Positions 22,352 to 35,665 of a stretch of DNA of 64,000 nt are shown here, piece after piece. Within the stretch, counting starts at the first letter, position 1. The number at the start of each line of letters is the position of its first letter. The notes under the pieces are model-generated. The model was given only the letters and a program-made list of their open reading frames with translations. It was not told where the DNA came from and made no database searches. The DNA is from Podarcis filfolensis (taxonomy: Eukaryota), in assembly GCA_964270895.1 (NCBI GenBank), contig OZ185438.1. One strand, given 5' to 3'. Both the position numbers and the translations under genes were made by a program.

Positions 22352-22580
22352 CAGTCTGGTGACCATTGTGGTGGTGAGATTGTCTGACTGGGAAATCTGG
22401 GTTCCAATCCCCACTTAGCCATGAAGCTCACTGAGTGACCTTGGGCACTCACTTTCTTATCTCACCCTAACCTATCTCACAGGATTGTTGTATGGATTAA
22501 ATGAGGAGAGAGAACCATGTATATAGCACCTTGAGCTCCTTGGGGGAAGATGTAGGAAATAAATGCAATATATAAATAAA
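22352..22580 (+). mobile_element. tRNA-derived MIR/CORE-like squamate SINE with (TAAA) tail
   Basis: B-box-like GGGTTCCAATCC, the core AGCCATGAAGCTCACTGAGTGACCTTGGG...CTCACAGGATTGTTGT, and an ATAAATAAA end. Exact family name not verified. Confidence 0.75.
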
Positions 22581-25500
22581 TTCATTGGGAGTGTTGTGCA
22601 TCTGCGTAACTTCTACAGGATGTAAGAGTACTTGACTTTGGTGGCATAATTCTGTCTGTGTGTGTTTAACCCTTCATAAGCAGCAATATATCATTTTCTT
22701 TTCAGTGGATTTTCTCTTCCACGTGTAGCACAACCAGTGTGTGTGATCCAGCGGCAATTGTGACACCCCCAACCCTCTGAAATCAATGTACCTAGTGTCA
22801 CTAAATGTACTTTTTAGCCTGATTGTCCCCATTATGTTGAAGTAACTTTCAGTGAAACTTTAAATCCAAATAATGGGGGAGATCCAACCAAAATTAAGCA
22901 GGACAAATTCCCGCAGGTTTTCATTTATTCACAAAGCAGGGCTCAACATTGGCGGGATCTCACCCAGTGCACAAAAGAACTGGGTTGTGTTTGAAGAGAT
23001 AACTTTAGCAAGGAGGAAATCCAAATATGAAAACACTGCCTGGGAGTGGGAACAGGGCCAGACTGAAGGCACAGAGTGATATCCTAACATTCACTTTTTT
23101 AAAAAAGCAAAAAAGCAAGGTGTCAAATGTCAGTTTCCACTTCAAATGAAGTTTCTAGCGTTTCTATCTCTGAAAACAAGCTGAAGTAGAATGCCAGAGA
23201 CAAACAAGAGCTCCTATTTTTAACAGGGCAACCATTTTCCTAGAAGTTCGTCTCCCAGCCCAGAAAAGGGTTAAGGGGGGAGAGAAAAAAAACATTAAGT
23301 AGGTTGGTGAGATCCCCAGCCCTTGATTTGATTAAGTAACCCAACCCTGGTGGCTTCCACCATTGGAGCTGCTGCTGTTGCGCCGCCACCGCTGCTGCTT
23401 TGAGTGCTTTCAGTAATTCAATGACGCCTGCTCACTCCAGGGAAAGAAATCATTAGCGGGCTCACTGGAGAAGCATTAGCAGTCCGAAAGGATCGGCGCT
23501 GCGTGCAGCAGGGAAGGCAGGTGAAAGGCAACCGGATTTTCGCGTCCAGCAACAGAAGGGCCTCGCCTGCCTTTCTTCCCTCCCGAACGCGCCATCTCCG
23601 CCCGCATTAAATTCTAGTTTGCTGCATGAGTGAAGTGTCAGGACAAGCTGCGTTTTATTAACACGATTATCGCGGCGCGTGATTTATTCCAGTGCCGGAT
23701 TTTAATTGCTCTTTGGAGGTTCAGTCGTTTCTTTTGACTGAGCTTCAGCCTGCATCCCGCTGTTAAATGCTGGGTTAATAAGTAGGGGGAGCCTTTAATG
23801 CACAGGATACCCCTTCAGCTCTTCCTCTCACCAAAAAGGAGGGAGGGGAGGGGAAAGTGCGCGCAGGCACAAAATGCCTCGCCAAGGGGAGGAACCGCGA
23901 ACGCGGGACGCGCTGCGCTAAATTGCTTTTCTGCAGAGAAGGGAGGCTTCCGGGGCTTTTTCGGTTTTTTAAACGGAGACGTACTAGGGCGCAATCCTTA
24001 ACGTAGCTACCACCGAGGAAGTCGCTCTGCACAAATCGGGACCCATTTCTAAGCTAAACGCGTTTAGGATCGCGCGGAACGGATGGAGACCTTAACCTGT
24101 GTATTCCTAATAAGGGGCCATCCTACACACGGTTAATAACTTGGGGATACAGCACCACTGAAACTAACCCACTATCCAATATAAGTATCCGATTAGGATC
24201 GGGCTCTACTGCCGCAGCCCTTCAACCCCTGTGGCTCAACCAAGCCCAGTGGGATTACCCGAGAGTAAACGGTGAAGGAGCCCCGGGGTCTGGTCGGACC
24301 TATCCACGCAGAGGCCAGTGGAGAGCGCCACGCACGCACGCACGCTTCGCAGTTTAAAAGCCCCTGTGCTCCAAAACAGACGAATTAACCCTTAAAACCG
24401 GAGCGGAGGCAAAACCTAGGTTGCGTTTGCGCACAAATGCTCCAACCACGATCAGAGGAGGACCTCCGTATAAGCGCCAAGGAAAGCCCTGTGTTCTCTC
24501 AAGCATTTCATGAGCCCTTCTTGTTCCCCCTCCCAGCTCCTTGAAGAAGCCTTTTGTGCAGATCCCCACGCACGGAACATATTTTACTGAAATGGCACCG
24601 TCCCCTCCCTCCCTGCCTCCCTCCGCAGCAGCTAGCTTGCAAGAGCTGACCCCAATTGCTGTCAAGGAAGAGGAGCTGGCCCCTTCTCCTCTCCTTCCTT
24701 CTCCTCGCACCCCCCCCCCACCGCCCCAGTAAAGGCTAGGACGAAATATCGCCCTATCATTCAAAAGTTGTTGTTCCAGAGGAAAGACGGGTTTTGCTGA
24801 CCAGATTTAGTGTTTTCCAGATGCACGGCTCGTAATGTTTTCAAATGGAGCAGCCGCAGCCTGGAGAGTGATTGAGAGTTTTACATACGGTTAGTAGCCG
24901 CCCAGAGCGCTGCCTCATCTGTAAGGAATGGAGGGGACACAAAGTCCAAAGAGATAGGGCTGTCTGCACGGAGGGAGGGGACGCCGCTCCCTCTCCCCTT
25001 TCCCCCACCCCTTTTCTGAAAAGCAGGAGACATGCCCGGGAGCCTAATCTTACTTTTTATAGGCTGGAACTGAGCTAAGGCTCTGGGTTTCCTCGCGGGG
25101 AAATGTATCGTTGGTTGCCATCGGCTGGTTCTCCTGAGATCTGCAAAAGTCGAGCCCAACAGCGCGATCTGAGTCGACCCCAGATACTTGGGGCGCTGTG
25201 TGGGGAGGGGGAGCCGATGGCTTCCAAGGGCAGATATGCACGCGAAGCTACGCCCTGAATGCAAAGGTTTCCTAAACTGGGAAGAGAGGAAGGTCAAAGG
25301 CAAATTGCCAAATAATCGGCCCAGATTATGATAGCTCCCAAAACGCTACAGTGCGTATTTAAAAATAAAACAACAAAACAAGGAGAAAAAGAAAACTATG
25401 TTGCCTTCTGCTGCAAGACAACCATCTCTCTTTGCTAGTCCACGCCGCGAAACTCGCCCCGGGCAAAGGTGTTTGCACAGAAGGGGCCCAGAGCGAGGCT

Positions 25501-26134
25501 GGGATTGCTTAAGGTCTGCCGCGGAGCTTTTGCAACAGAAGAAGTTGCCAAATTCCCCTTTGGAGCGTCGCCGCTGCATCCCAGCGACACGAGGCGAAAG
25601 GGAGGCGGGATCCGCGGGCTGGGAGAGAAAGGCCTTTTCGGAGGCCGGGAGAAGAGTTGCAGCAGCCGGGAGCGCGCAATGCCTGAGCCGGTTCTGTGCA
25701 AAAAGTACAACCGAGCGCGCGCGATCCCTTCCCGGGAGGTGGGCGAGGCGAGATGTTTGCTCGTTTCTGTTCGTTTTCAGGGTCGCGCTTCCCAGCGCAT
25801 ACATACGTTGTTTATAATCACCGCCGCCCTGATGAACTTTTTGTGAACTGTTTAAAAGTGGAGGTCTGTTGAACAAACAGCGGCGCCACTGCCAGCCATA
25901 ATTTCATTGCAACAAGCAACAGACTTTTAACCCTTCGGGCTCCAGGAGGAGACGTTGCTGGCAAAGCAGCAGCTCTTTCTGCTTTGTGGCTGTGAGCCTG
26001 GAAGGTTACATATAAGCAACCACTCCGCTTACGGAGCAATGGATCCACAGCTCAGTTAAGTCCGAGCATTTGAATCTACGGTCCAGAGCAGGCTTTACCC
26101 GCAAGTCCCTGTGAAATCAAAGAAATGCGCTCAA

Positions 26135-26223
26135 GGCTGCAATCCTACCCACTACTCGTTTACCCGGGAGTAATCCCCAGTTAACGCATTGGGACTAGAG
26201 TAGACATGCACTGGTTTACCCTG
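26135..26223 (+). mobile_element. Short palindromic MITE family, copy
   Basis: GGCTGCAATCCTA...TTACCCGGGAGTAATCCCC...GAGTAGACATGCACTGG, homologous to the copy at 18730. Confidence 0.7.
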
Positions 26224-27647
26224 TAACTACCCAAACCTTCCTTTACCCTCTTACCTGAAGGTAAATCCCATGAGGTCCAGTAAAACAAGGATGGGGGACC
26301 GGAAGCCCACTCTCCTTAGGCCGCACCCCACTGGCCCTGCCCCCACAAACCCTTCGGAGCGCTTTTGTCTGGTTTGAATGTGTCCTTGGCCGAAGATAAT
26401 GCCTCTTCGCTTGCCTTGACGCACTTTATAGAGAAATAGAACACAAAAACCTTTTGACTCTTGCGCGGTTAGAATGTAGGCTACCGTAACATCCATGGAG
26501 CCACCGCCGCCTCTGGCCTCGCCCACCGCCGGCCCCGGAAGGCTCCTTCAGGTGGGACCCTCAGGCTGAAAAGGAGTGCCCCCCCGCACCGAAATAAAGA
26601 GACCCAAGTCCCGCTTGCATTTTGCGAGGCCTAGTCCCCAGGAAGTGCACGCAGAATCGGGGCTGTTCAGGACTACTTGTTAGCTCTAGGTATTAATCGC
26701 CTGCCTTGACATGCTAATAAAAGGCGACATATATAATGCATAGTGTAAATTAAAATGCACAAGCGTCTGAGAAAGTCACGCTTAGAGACACTGTCAAAAA
26801 GAAGTGGGGTTTGGGCATAACGAGGGCGGGTAGGCCGTGGCTGCTAAAGTTTGTTAGTGTTTATTGCGATTATTTCCCACCCCATCCCCAAAAAAATCAG
26901 TACGTTGAACTGGTGTGTCTGCTTTAACTGAGATTCCGGCTACACTAGAGAGTTGGACTAAAGACCGCAGTTTTATCTAATTCGTCCTGAAAATTAAATA
27001 AACCACCTCCCTGGCTGTTTCTCCGCCTCCGTGGAGCGATTCAGGGCTTGGCACTTTGCTTTTCCGAGTCCCCGCAAGTCTCCTTCTACCTTTGGGAATC
27101 TCCCCCTTATGTAACACTCTTTGGCTTTATACATAGAAGGGGGCGGAGGGGACGTAAGGCAGGAGACAACAGAAAATAACAGAACCGCACATATGTCACG
27201 ATCCCCCCCCAAAAAAAAACTTGATTTAAAAGCTCTCCTCGGTGCCTCCCCCTCCCGCATGCTACTTTGGAGAGCACACCCCCTCCACCTCGTTTATATG
27301 CTGCTAGCACATGCCCAGCACCTCGACCAGAGTTGCTAGAAGCTGCCATAGCTGCAGCAGCTTCCGACCGTACCAGCCCGCGACGGAAAGCAAAACCTCC
27401 TCCCCGGGGTGGGGATCGCGCCGCGCCTCCTGCCGAGCGAGGCGAGCTCGCTGGCTGCGCGAGAATGTGACCTAAGGCAGCAGCAGCAGCAGGAGGCAGG
27501 CTCCGAGCGCCAAAGAGGCCACGCGGAATTTCCTCCCCGGAGGTGTCCGGCTGACAAATCCGTCAAGCTCGCCTGGGAGGAAAAGGGGGGAGCTGCACGG
27601 CGGGGTTTCGCTGCAAAACCTGCTCGGTGTCCGCTGCCGAGAGGAGC

Positions 27648-27650
<3 letters not shown>

Positions 27651-27703
<53 letters not shown>

Positions 27704-27713
27704 CCCCCCCCCC
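27651..27713. repeat. (CT)25 microsatellite followed by C13
   Basis: Read directly from the sequence. Confidence 0.97.
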
Positions 27714-30700
27714 ATCAAGCTGCTGCGCTCATGTTACAGAGCAGACTCGAAAGGAAAAGAAAAAAGCGGCCCCGGCGCTCGGCGTGTCTGGCTGAACACC
27801 CAGTTCTCCGGGCACCACTGGCAGCCGCCGCAACTCCACATCATTGGGTGGGAGGCAAATGCATTCACGCAGCGCCCTGCTTGGCTGTTGGATCCTCCTC
27901 TGCCCTCCCCGTTCTCGTTCTCTCTCTTTTCAAAAAGGGAACCGCTTGCATCGCCCTCGCAACGGCAACAGACTCTTGGCAGCCACTGGAGGCGGGCGCA
28001 GGAGCAAACTTTTGCTCGCACGCTCCTGCCTTCGCAAACTCACCAAACCTGGTGCCCGCGGCCAGGGGAAGCAGCCGCAGCGCTTTGCGCTTCGCCTCCC
28101 CGGGAAGGAGAGTCCGGAGAAACCATGCCGAGCGCGTTGGCGGCCTCTCTTTCCCGCCATTCAAGGTGGCGAAGGCGCCTTTCTTGCCAATCAGGGCACG
28201 AAAAAGGGTGCAAGGAGGAAAAATAACCAGAGAGTAAGCCCCAGCCGGGCTCCAGCGAGCCAGGAAGGAGAGCGAATGCCGCGAGCACACGAGTTCCCTG
28301 TTGGCGCCTTTCCTCTTTCCACCTCCTGCTCCTTTTGGCAGCCGGCCACTTTCCACTGCATAAACCACAGGCCCGCCGTCAGCTGCACGGCAGGCGGGTC
28401 GGAGCCGTAGAGCAAGCGGACGTGGATGGCGAATGTCAGGGGGGAATGGCGCTAACCCAGCGGGGCTTTCGCGTTAATCAGAGAAGGCCCTCCTCTGTAA
28501 TCAAAACAAGACCATACATAGTTTGCCCATCTCTAGCTCCCTGCCCGTTTCAGGTCTCCCCTAAACAAGCTGCAGAGCATCTGATGGGGAGGCAGCCTTT
28601 TCTCCTATATTTCAATAATGACGCAACGTACACTTAGCCTATTCATGAGCCTGCACATGTACTCAAGCCTGAACTCGGGGGCAACTACACGCTTTCTGGC
28701 TCTACATTACTGGAAATGTATTTATTGCATTTATATATCTCTTCCAAGGAGGTCAAGGTGGCAAACGTTCCCCAATTTTAGCCGCACATCAATCGCGCGA
28801 GGTAAGATCAAAGGAAAGGGCAGAGCGAGTCAAGGTCACTCAGGGAGCATCTTGGTCTGCACTAAGCACTACACTGTCCCGGCTTCCGTTTAAGTCAAGC
28901 CACCTTTTCTTCCATTTACAATTTCGAATTGGCCCAGCCCTTCCTATCTTCTGTCTGAACCAAGCCCCCGCTGTGTTAAACGGGCCTCGCCCCACAGTAT
29001 TACAACTGTAACCTTAAGATATTAGTGCAGTTTGCTATTATAAACAAGGCTGCAGTCTTGTGCACCCTTGCCTCGGAGTAAGCCCCCTTGAACACAGAAG
29101 AATTTATGAAGAAACATGCACTGGGTCGTGCAAAATACGGTGGCATAAATTTGAACACGCCGTTGCGCGAAGGTGGCGGGGAGCTACGTTGTACGAGAGA
29201 GCTTGAAGCACGTTTATTAAGCGAAGTAGGAAACAGCAAACTAAGTATCCACGGCGGGGAGGGAGGCGGCTGACCTTTAGCCGGGACGTGTGGCATTTTG
29301 TCTGGCCACAAAGCTAAGCACAATGCGCCTGCGACGTCTCCAACCCGATTTTCTCATGTGCGTATCGGAGGCGCGCAGAACGATGCCCAAGTTTGCCCAA
29401 GCAGCGCGCGGAAAAAGAGAAGAGAAGAACCGGTTGGGTGGCTATTTCAGGGGCTTTTAAACTTCCTCTTTCTTCTGTCTGCGCACGTTCCTCGGGAGGC
29501 TTCCTGCGCCGTCACGTGCGCCTTCGCGATTCGGACTTTCTTCTCATGTCATGTAAACAAAGCGCTGTGTAGGCATTACGGGGCGGCCGCGATCGACTGG
29601 GCACAGGCAACGGCATCCGGAATGGGGGATTCCGGCTTCGAGACTCAGATAAAACGAAACGGGACGGCAAGCAGAGAGAGAGAGAGAGAACGATCTTTCC
29701 CCATCTCCTGTTTTCCCTTGGCATTTGTAAGGAACAGGAGCTCCAAGCCTCGGGGAAAGGAGCCGTGTGCATTGCAAAAGTGAGGGGTGATATGTCGAGA
29801 GCAGGAGGACGAGGGGAAGCGAGGACTCCACAACCCCAGCCAACTGCTGTGTAGCCGCAGGAAAGGAAAGGACTTCCCTGCCTTTTGCCAGGGAGACCCT
29901 GCTGCGAAGGGAGAGAGTGGCTTCAGACAGCCTTTGCCTTCGTTTCCCTGAAAGATCGGGGTTCAAAGGGGGCGGTGCACAGACCGGCAGCGCATCCAAA
30001 AACCTCTGGCAGCAGCCCGTCGTTTCCTCCACCGCCGTGCGCAAGGCTTCGGACCGAAGCAGCCTCCTTTGCACATCAACCGCGAAGCAAAGCGCAGTGA
30101 CTTCGACCCTTTACCGCCATTTGCCAGGAAAACTTGTGAATAAGTGATGTTCGGGGAGGGGCGGGGAGAGGAGGAGGAGGAGGAGGACGGAAGGCCGTCA
30201 ATAAGGGAAAGGTAAAATGGCTGGCGAGCCTTCAAATAACCCTGCCCGCCGTCTCTGTCTCTCTCACACACACGTCGTCTCTTGCCAACGTTTTCTGCGC
30301 GGTGGAGAAATAGCGCCCCCGCTTCTCCTGGTACGAGACCCGGGGGAAGCTGTGGGGCCCGTTTGTTCCACCCAAATGAACTCGGAGGTGGGGGAGGTGG
30401 AGCGGCCACGCGGGGGGGGATATTGGGGGGTCGTCGCGCGCCTTAATAATCTGGTCCCTCGTGAAATAGCCCAGGCACACGGGGCGTTGCAGGAAGCAGA
30501 AACGAAGGCAACGAAACAGAATGAAGGGGAGAGACCTCGCGTCTTCCCACCCGCCGTTTGATCCGAGAAAGTCCCCGAATTGACTTGTGCCATTAAGGCC
30601 CTGTTCCCGCACTACGTACACGGCGAAAAGCACCTTCGCCTCGGGCGCCGATGTGGGGGTCTCAGCCCGTCCCGTGGGGTCCCCTTCCCCTCCTCCACCC

Positions 30701-32664
30701 TTACGAGAGGATTATCGGCTTGGCAGCACCGGGGCGAAGGGCGCTCGCCTGGCCTGTACGGAGCGCAGGCACCTCCTCGCGCTGCCGCCTCCTGCAACTC
30801 TCCTTCGCTCTTTCAGCCAGACCGAATGAGTCATCCCAGCCCGTTTCGTCTTTGAGATCCCCGACCGGCCGCGCCATTTTAGGCGCGCGCACAGACACGG
30901 GCTCGGTTTCCGCTGCTGCTGCTGCTTGGAGAGACAACAAGCAGGCGGTGACAGAGGCGGAGGAGGGGCGACGGCGGCGGGCCAGAGGAAAGGAGAAGGG
31001 CCTCCGTGGAGCCTACCCGCTTGGCACTCAATGGGTCTTTCAGGTACCTAAGCGGACGGACGCCGCCTCCCTGGGTATCAGCCAAGCGAGAGCGGGGGAA
31101 AACGCAGGCAAGGCCCTGTCGGCGCCTGCGGCCCATTAACCCCTCGCACGCCCCCCAGCCCGGACAGCAGGCAAGCTGGCTGGCTTGCAAAGACAAGGAG
31201 GAGGAGGTTCCTCCCAGCCCAGTTTTGGTCTCACAAGGGTGTGCTAAGAATCCAGGTTAGGGAGGGAGTAGGCTGAAATAAATTATTTTTTAAAAAAAAC
31301 GTGTTTGTTAATAGGAAAGTTTAAGAAGAAGAACCAACACAAGTATTCAGCTATGTGCGTGACTAGTACACATAAACAAACTAGCCCAGACCCAAGGTCG
31401 GTTGCTGTGAAGACCAGGATGAAATGGTAAACCCGCTTGGTCCACACCCTCTTGCTTTTTAAGCCCCACGGTCTACAGCAGCGCGCGTGCACGGGGGAGG
31501 CGCACACCCACAGCCGAGTTTCTCCCCACCCCCTTCGTGATGAATGCGCTCCCCGCCCTCTCTCTTTCCCCTTGCCTGCCCCGCTTGGGTCGGCGCTGCC
31601 CCTTGTGGCTTTTTCGGCCCGGCGGCCGCGCTGCAAGAGCCCAAAGGAGGTCGGCGTCGGCCCCCGTATTCACCGGGGAAACGAGCAGATATTGATCACG
31701 GGCGAGTTGATTTTGCTTAATTGTGGCTGACAGTGCCTGTGGTTTCCTCATTTACGGAGCAACAGCATCGAGGGTCTGATTGATTGGGAGCGCAGCGCCT
31801 CCCACTCCCCGCTCTCCCTCCCGGCAGACACACACACACACACGGGGGGGGGGGAGCGAGCAGCCACCTTCGAGAGGAGCCTGTGTGAAGGCGAGTCCCT
31901 CGGGAGGGGAAGGAGCAGCTTCTCATTATTCAGCAAATGGCCGGCGCGCCGGCAGCTAGAGATGCAGCTTGGTTGGTTCGCTGTCGAGCGCTCGGGCGAG
32001 CTTAAGTAGCCTTAAATCCTCCCGCTCCCCCCGCAGGACCGTCTGCCTGCTTTTGCCTGCGTCGTCGGCCCCTTCGCCTCCACCGCCGCCGCCGCCGCCT
32101 CCTTCTCCTCCTCTTCGCCCGCCAGCAGATTGGTCCGCGAGTTAAGCGCTCGCGAATGGAGAGCTTTTAACAGGGCGGGGGGTTGCAATCCTCGTCGCCT
32201 AAGCGCTCGCTCAGTCGAAGTCCCCACGCCGAGGTGGCGAGCTCGTCCTCCGCAAACTTAACTCAGGAGCAACCTCGCTCTCCTGTCAATGAAATGACGC
32301 CATAGCAAAGCAGCTTAAGGCGCAATCCAGCGCTCACAAGCCCCGGTTGAAATTAATTGCTAAAGAACAGCAGCCGCTCCCTGCGCAGCTCTGTCAGCCG
32401 GGCTTGCGCAGGAGACTTTCCCGTTGGCTTGCGCCCTTAGCCATCTCTTCCTGCGAAGAAGAAGCGAAAATCCAAACTACCAGCACCATCACACTTCGTC
32501 TGTACAACTCCTACCAGTAAGGAGTTTTGGTGCCAGCGCTTTCTGGAAAATGTACATTAAACATGCCTTTTAAAATAAAGATGAGCGCAGCAGACATAAA
32601 TGTCAGAAAAGGAGCTGTGTGGCAACCATCTGCAAGCTGCTTGATCCAGGATGACTTCACAATT

Positions 32665-32755
32665 GCCCTGCGACCTTTTTTATATCTACTCAGAAGTAAA
32701 CCTCGTTGAGCTGAATGGGGCTTACTCACAGGTGAGCGCGCATAGGATTGCCGCC
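32665..32755 (-). mobile_element. Short palindromic MITE family, copy in opposite orientation
   Basis: ...CTACTCAGAAGTAAA...AATGGGGCTTACTCACAGGTGAG...CATAGGATTGCCGCC|TTA. Confidence 0.65.
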
Positions 32756-33104
32756 TTAAATGTGAAATCTGGGCCCAGTCCCCAAACCTGCCTATCAGTT
32801 GCAGGAGGCTTTCTTCCACGAATCATGTTCTCCAATCCAGATTTCCCTACATTAGCATTTCTAGCTAACTGTCCCATCCCAAGTGCTTTCCGCTCCTTTA
32901 ACTTTTTTTAGTCCCCCTAAAGTGCATTCCTGCACCCCCGGGGTGGGTTCCATCGTAAAGCAAATGAGCACAGGATTGCAGGCGGTCCAAGGCTCACCGA
33001 GAGGAAGACACAGAATACACAGCGACACCTGCTTCCAGGTAAACATACATAGGATGGAGCCGAAAGACAATTTATGCGAAGACGACTAGGGCTTGGGCAT
33101 CACT

Positions 33105-33281
33105 CATAGGAACAAAGGCTTATCATGAACCAGACCATGGGCCTATCTTGCTCATATTGTCTACACTGACCGGCAGCAGCTCTCCAGGGTTTCAGGAAGG
33201 CCTACCTGGAGACGCCAGGGATTGAAGCAGGGATTTTCTGCGTGCAAGGCAGATGCTCTGCCACTCAGCCACGGACTCCCC
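33105..33281 (-). mobile_element. tRNA(Ala-like)-derived SINE with CR1-type 3' tail
   Basis: The minus strand reads GGGGAGTCCGTGGCTGAGTGGCAGAGCATCTGCCTTGCACGCAG...CTTCAATCCCTGGCGTCTCCAGG...TTCCTATG. A decayed copy is at 39745. Confidence 0.75.
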
Positions 33282-35419
33282 AAGTCCAAACAGGGCCGCT
33301 GGTGGGGATAGGAAGCGTTCCTCAATTCTAACTGTACATCGCCTAGCACCCTAAGGACAAACCCTCCAGTCTCCCAGAGGCATCTTCAGCAGAATCTATT
33401 CCGCCTTTACTAAAAGCATCCTACGTGTCCTCAAGCAGCAAGCAGCGATCTAGACGAATCCTCCGGTTTTAATACCCCAGCAATGCGCAGGGCAAGAACC
33501 GGCCGAGGGAGCACAGAGCAGGGCCTCGCGGACAAAGTTTCACGGCGCAGCTGGGATTCCTCCTCGGGCTGCGAAGCTGCGCGCCCCCTCGGCCTTCCTC
33601 GGAAGACTTAAGGACCCCGGCGCAGCCTGCCTTGCCATCTTGAAGGCGTCGGCTCCGAAACGGGAGGGAGGCGAGGGGGGCTGAGCGCGGAAGCAACTGC
33701 GCTGCAGATGGGCGGCTATGAATTTTTGCTGCTGCTTCGAGCCTTAATTACTGGCTCTTGATCCTTGGGACTACGACACGACACCGCCAAGGTTAAAATG
33801 CCCGGAACAGCTCTGAGCAGATGTGAGCGAGTTGGCAGACGCGCAAATGAGGTCTGCCTCCAAGCACGATAACAAGTGACTAATACATTGCATATCGCTG
33901 AAAGAAAATTATTTTCCTCTCATTTGCATTAGCTCTCTCTCTCCCCCCCTTAAGACCAAAATAAAAAGCCAACGACAGCACCACCACTCGCGCGCCCCGC
34001 TCAGAGGCAGCAGTCTAATCCTGGGGTGGGGGTGGGGGGAGAGAAAGATGCTGGGTGACTTTTAGAAATTTGTGGAAGCAGGAAAAGATTTGCCAGTGTT
34101 TTGTTTATCTTTCCGCCTTTGCTCCAAGGCAAAAGTAGTTTCGCAAGCAACATTCCTGCAGAAAATGGCAGACGTCACGTTAGAGCTCGATTTATTGCTC
34201 TGGCGCTTAATGAATGACTGCTGGGGGTATCTTCCACCCAGAGTGCCTCGTGCACAGAAACTGGAGAGTGACAGATATGCCGCATGAGAGTGACGAGGAA
34301 TGAAATTCGATGTACAGTTGCCAGTTGCCCTGAAACAAGCCGGCATTGCCCAAAACAGAAATTCTATTCACAAACCAGAAGTGCTCGGATTGAAGACGAT
34401 CGGCGCCACAATCCAAAACAAAACAGAATAATCCTTATTCCCAGGTTTTATATGACTTGCCTCCCCGCTGCATGCATGTTAATTCCGAAGCAAGTCCCAC
34501 AATGCTGAATGGAGCTCATCCGCTTCCAAGGAGAGTTAGAGCTGTATCACTAATGGCTTTCCGTTGAAATCAAAATGACATATTTCCAAGCTGTTGGGGG
34601 GGGAGACCCATTTAAGACAGGCTGACCCCTCACTTTAGCGAGACTAATCATCTCGGTACTAAACCAGTTTATTAAACAGATCCCATTGAAATCAATTGAA
34701 CTCCCCTTAATGTGAATCGTACTGGGATCACAGGTTCCTCAAAAAGCACTGAAGGATTTAACTGCCACGTGTAAATCTACTTTCCTGTATACTCGCAATC
34801 AATTTGAAAACAATAGGACATTTTCACACAATATGTTACAGGTTTTCTTTTCTTTTCCCCACATCTTTAATTCAAATATAAGACCTAAACAAGCTACAAT
34901 GCCTGTTCATTTTAAACATGGCTCTTTTTCTCTCTTTGTCACACTTTAAGTGTTTTTGCAGCCATAGTGTATCAGTAGTGCAAGAGAATACTCAGAATTA
35001 TATTTCATGTTGTGTGCATGTGCCCTTATAGGTCTTTCCCAGATGCACTCAAATGGTACAAGTGAGATGGAAAAAACATATTGAAAACTGCTTCAGCTTC
35101 ACTTTATGATGTGTGGGAATTCAGACATACTTTTGTACTTCCAGATTAATGTGTGAAACAGGAAATTGCATGAGTGAGATGCACAGGAAACATATGGGGG
35201 GGCAGTTCATGCATTCCATGCAAGGAGAAATTGGGTGTATTCTTCACATATTACACCAAAGCATTAAAAGCCCACTTTGCCATCATGTCTCTAGCCATTC
35301 TGGGTCATTAGCAATAAGGCCCTGATGCACTTTCCAAGGTGGGAAAGCTGCATAAGCTACTAATTGGCTATATTGATATAGTTGATACACAAAGAAGTGC
35401 TCATTCCATTACCTACATA

Positions 35420-35665
35420 GGTAAAGGTAAAGGGACCCTTGACCGTTAGGTCCAATCACGGACGACTCTGGGGTTGCGGCAGTCATCTCGCTTTATTGGC
35501 TGAGGGAGCCGGCATACAGCTTCCTCCGGGTCATGTGGCCAGCATGACTAAACCGCTTCTGGCGAACCAGAGCAGCCCACGGAAATGCCGTTTACCTTCC
35601 CGCCGGAGCGGTACCTATTTATCTACTTGCACTTTGACTTGCTTTCAAACTGCTAGGTTGGCAAG
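35420..35665 (-). mobile_element. 5'-truncated Sauria SINE
   Basis: GGTAAAGGTAAAGGGACCC tail; the body is the reverse complement of 5300-5544 and the tRNA head is missing. Confidence 0.9.

Larger units (their letters stand above)
23380..34000. promoter_or_regulatory. CpG-island cluster 1 (sub-islands about 23.4-24.3, 25.0-26.1, 27.1-28.5, 29.1-32.5 and 33.5-34.0 kb); candidate proximal BCOR promoters/enhancers
   Basis: High GC content with abundant CpG compared with CpG-poor introns, directly upstream of exon 2. Boundaries judged by eye. Confidence 0.75.

Noticed and set aside
25346-32227. Dense ORFs of 100-200 aa in CpG cluster 1
   Set aside because: These are the same GC-driven stop-codon depletion; several are translations of (CT)n or (GGA)n repeats.
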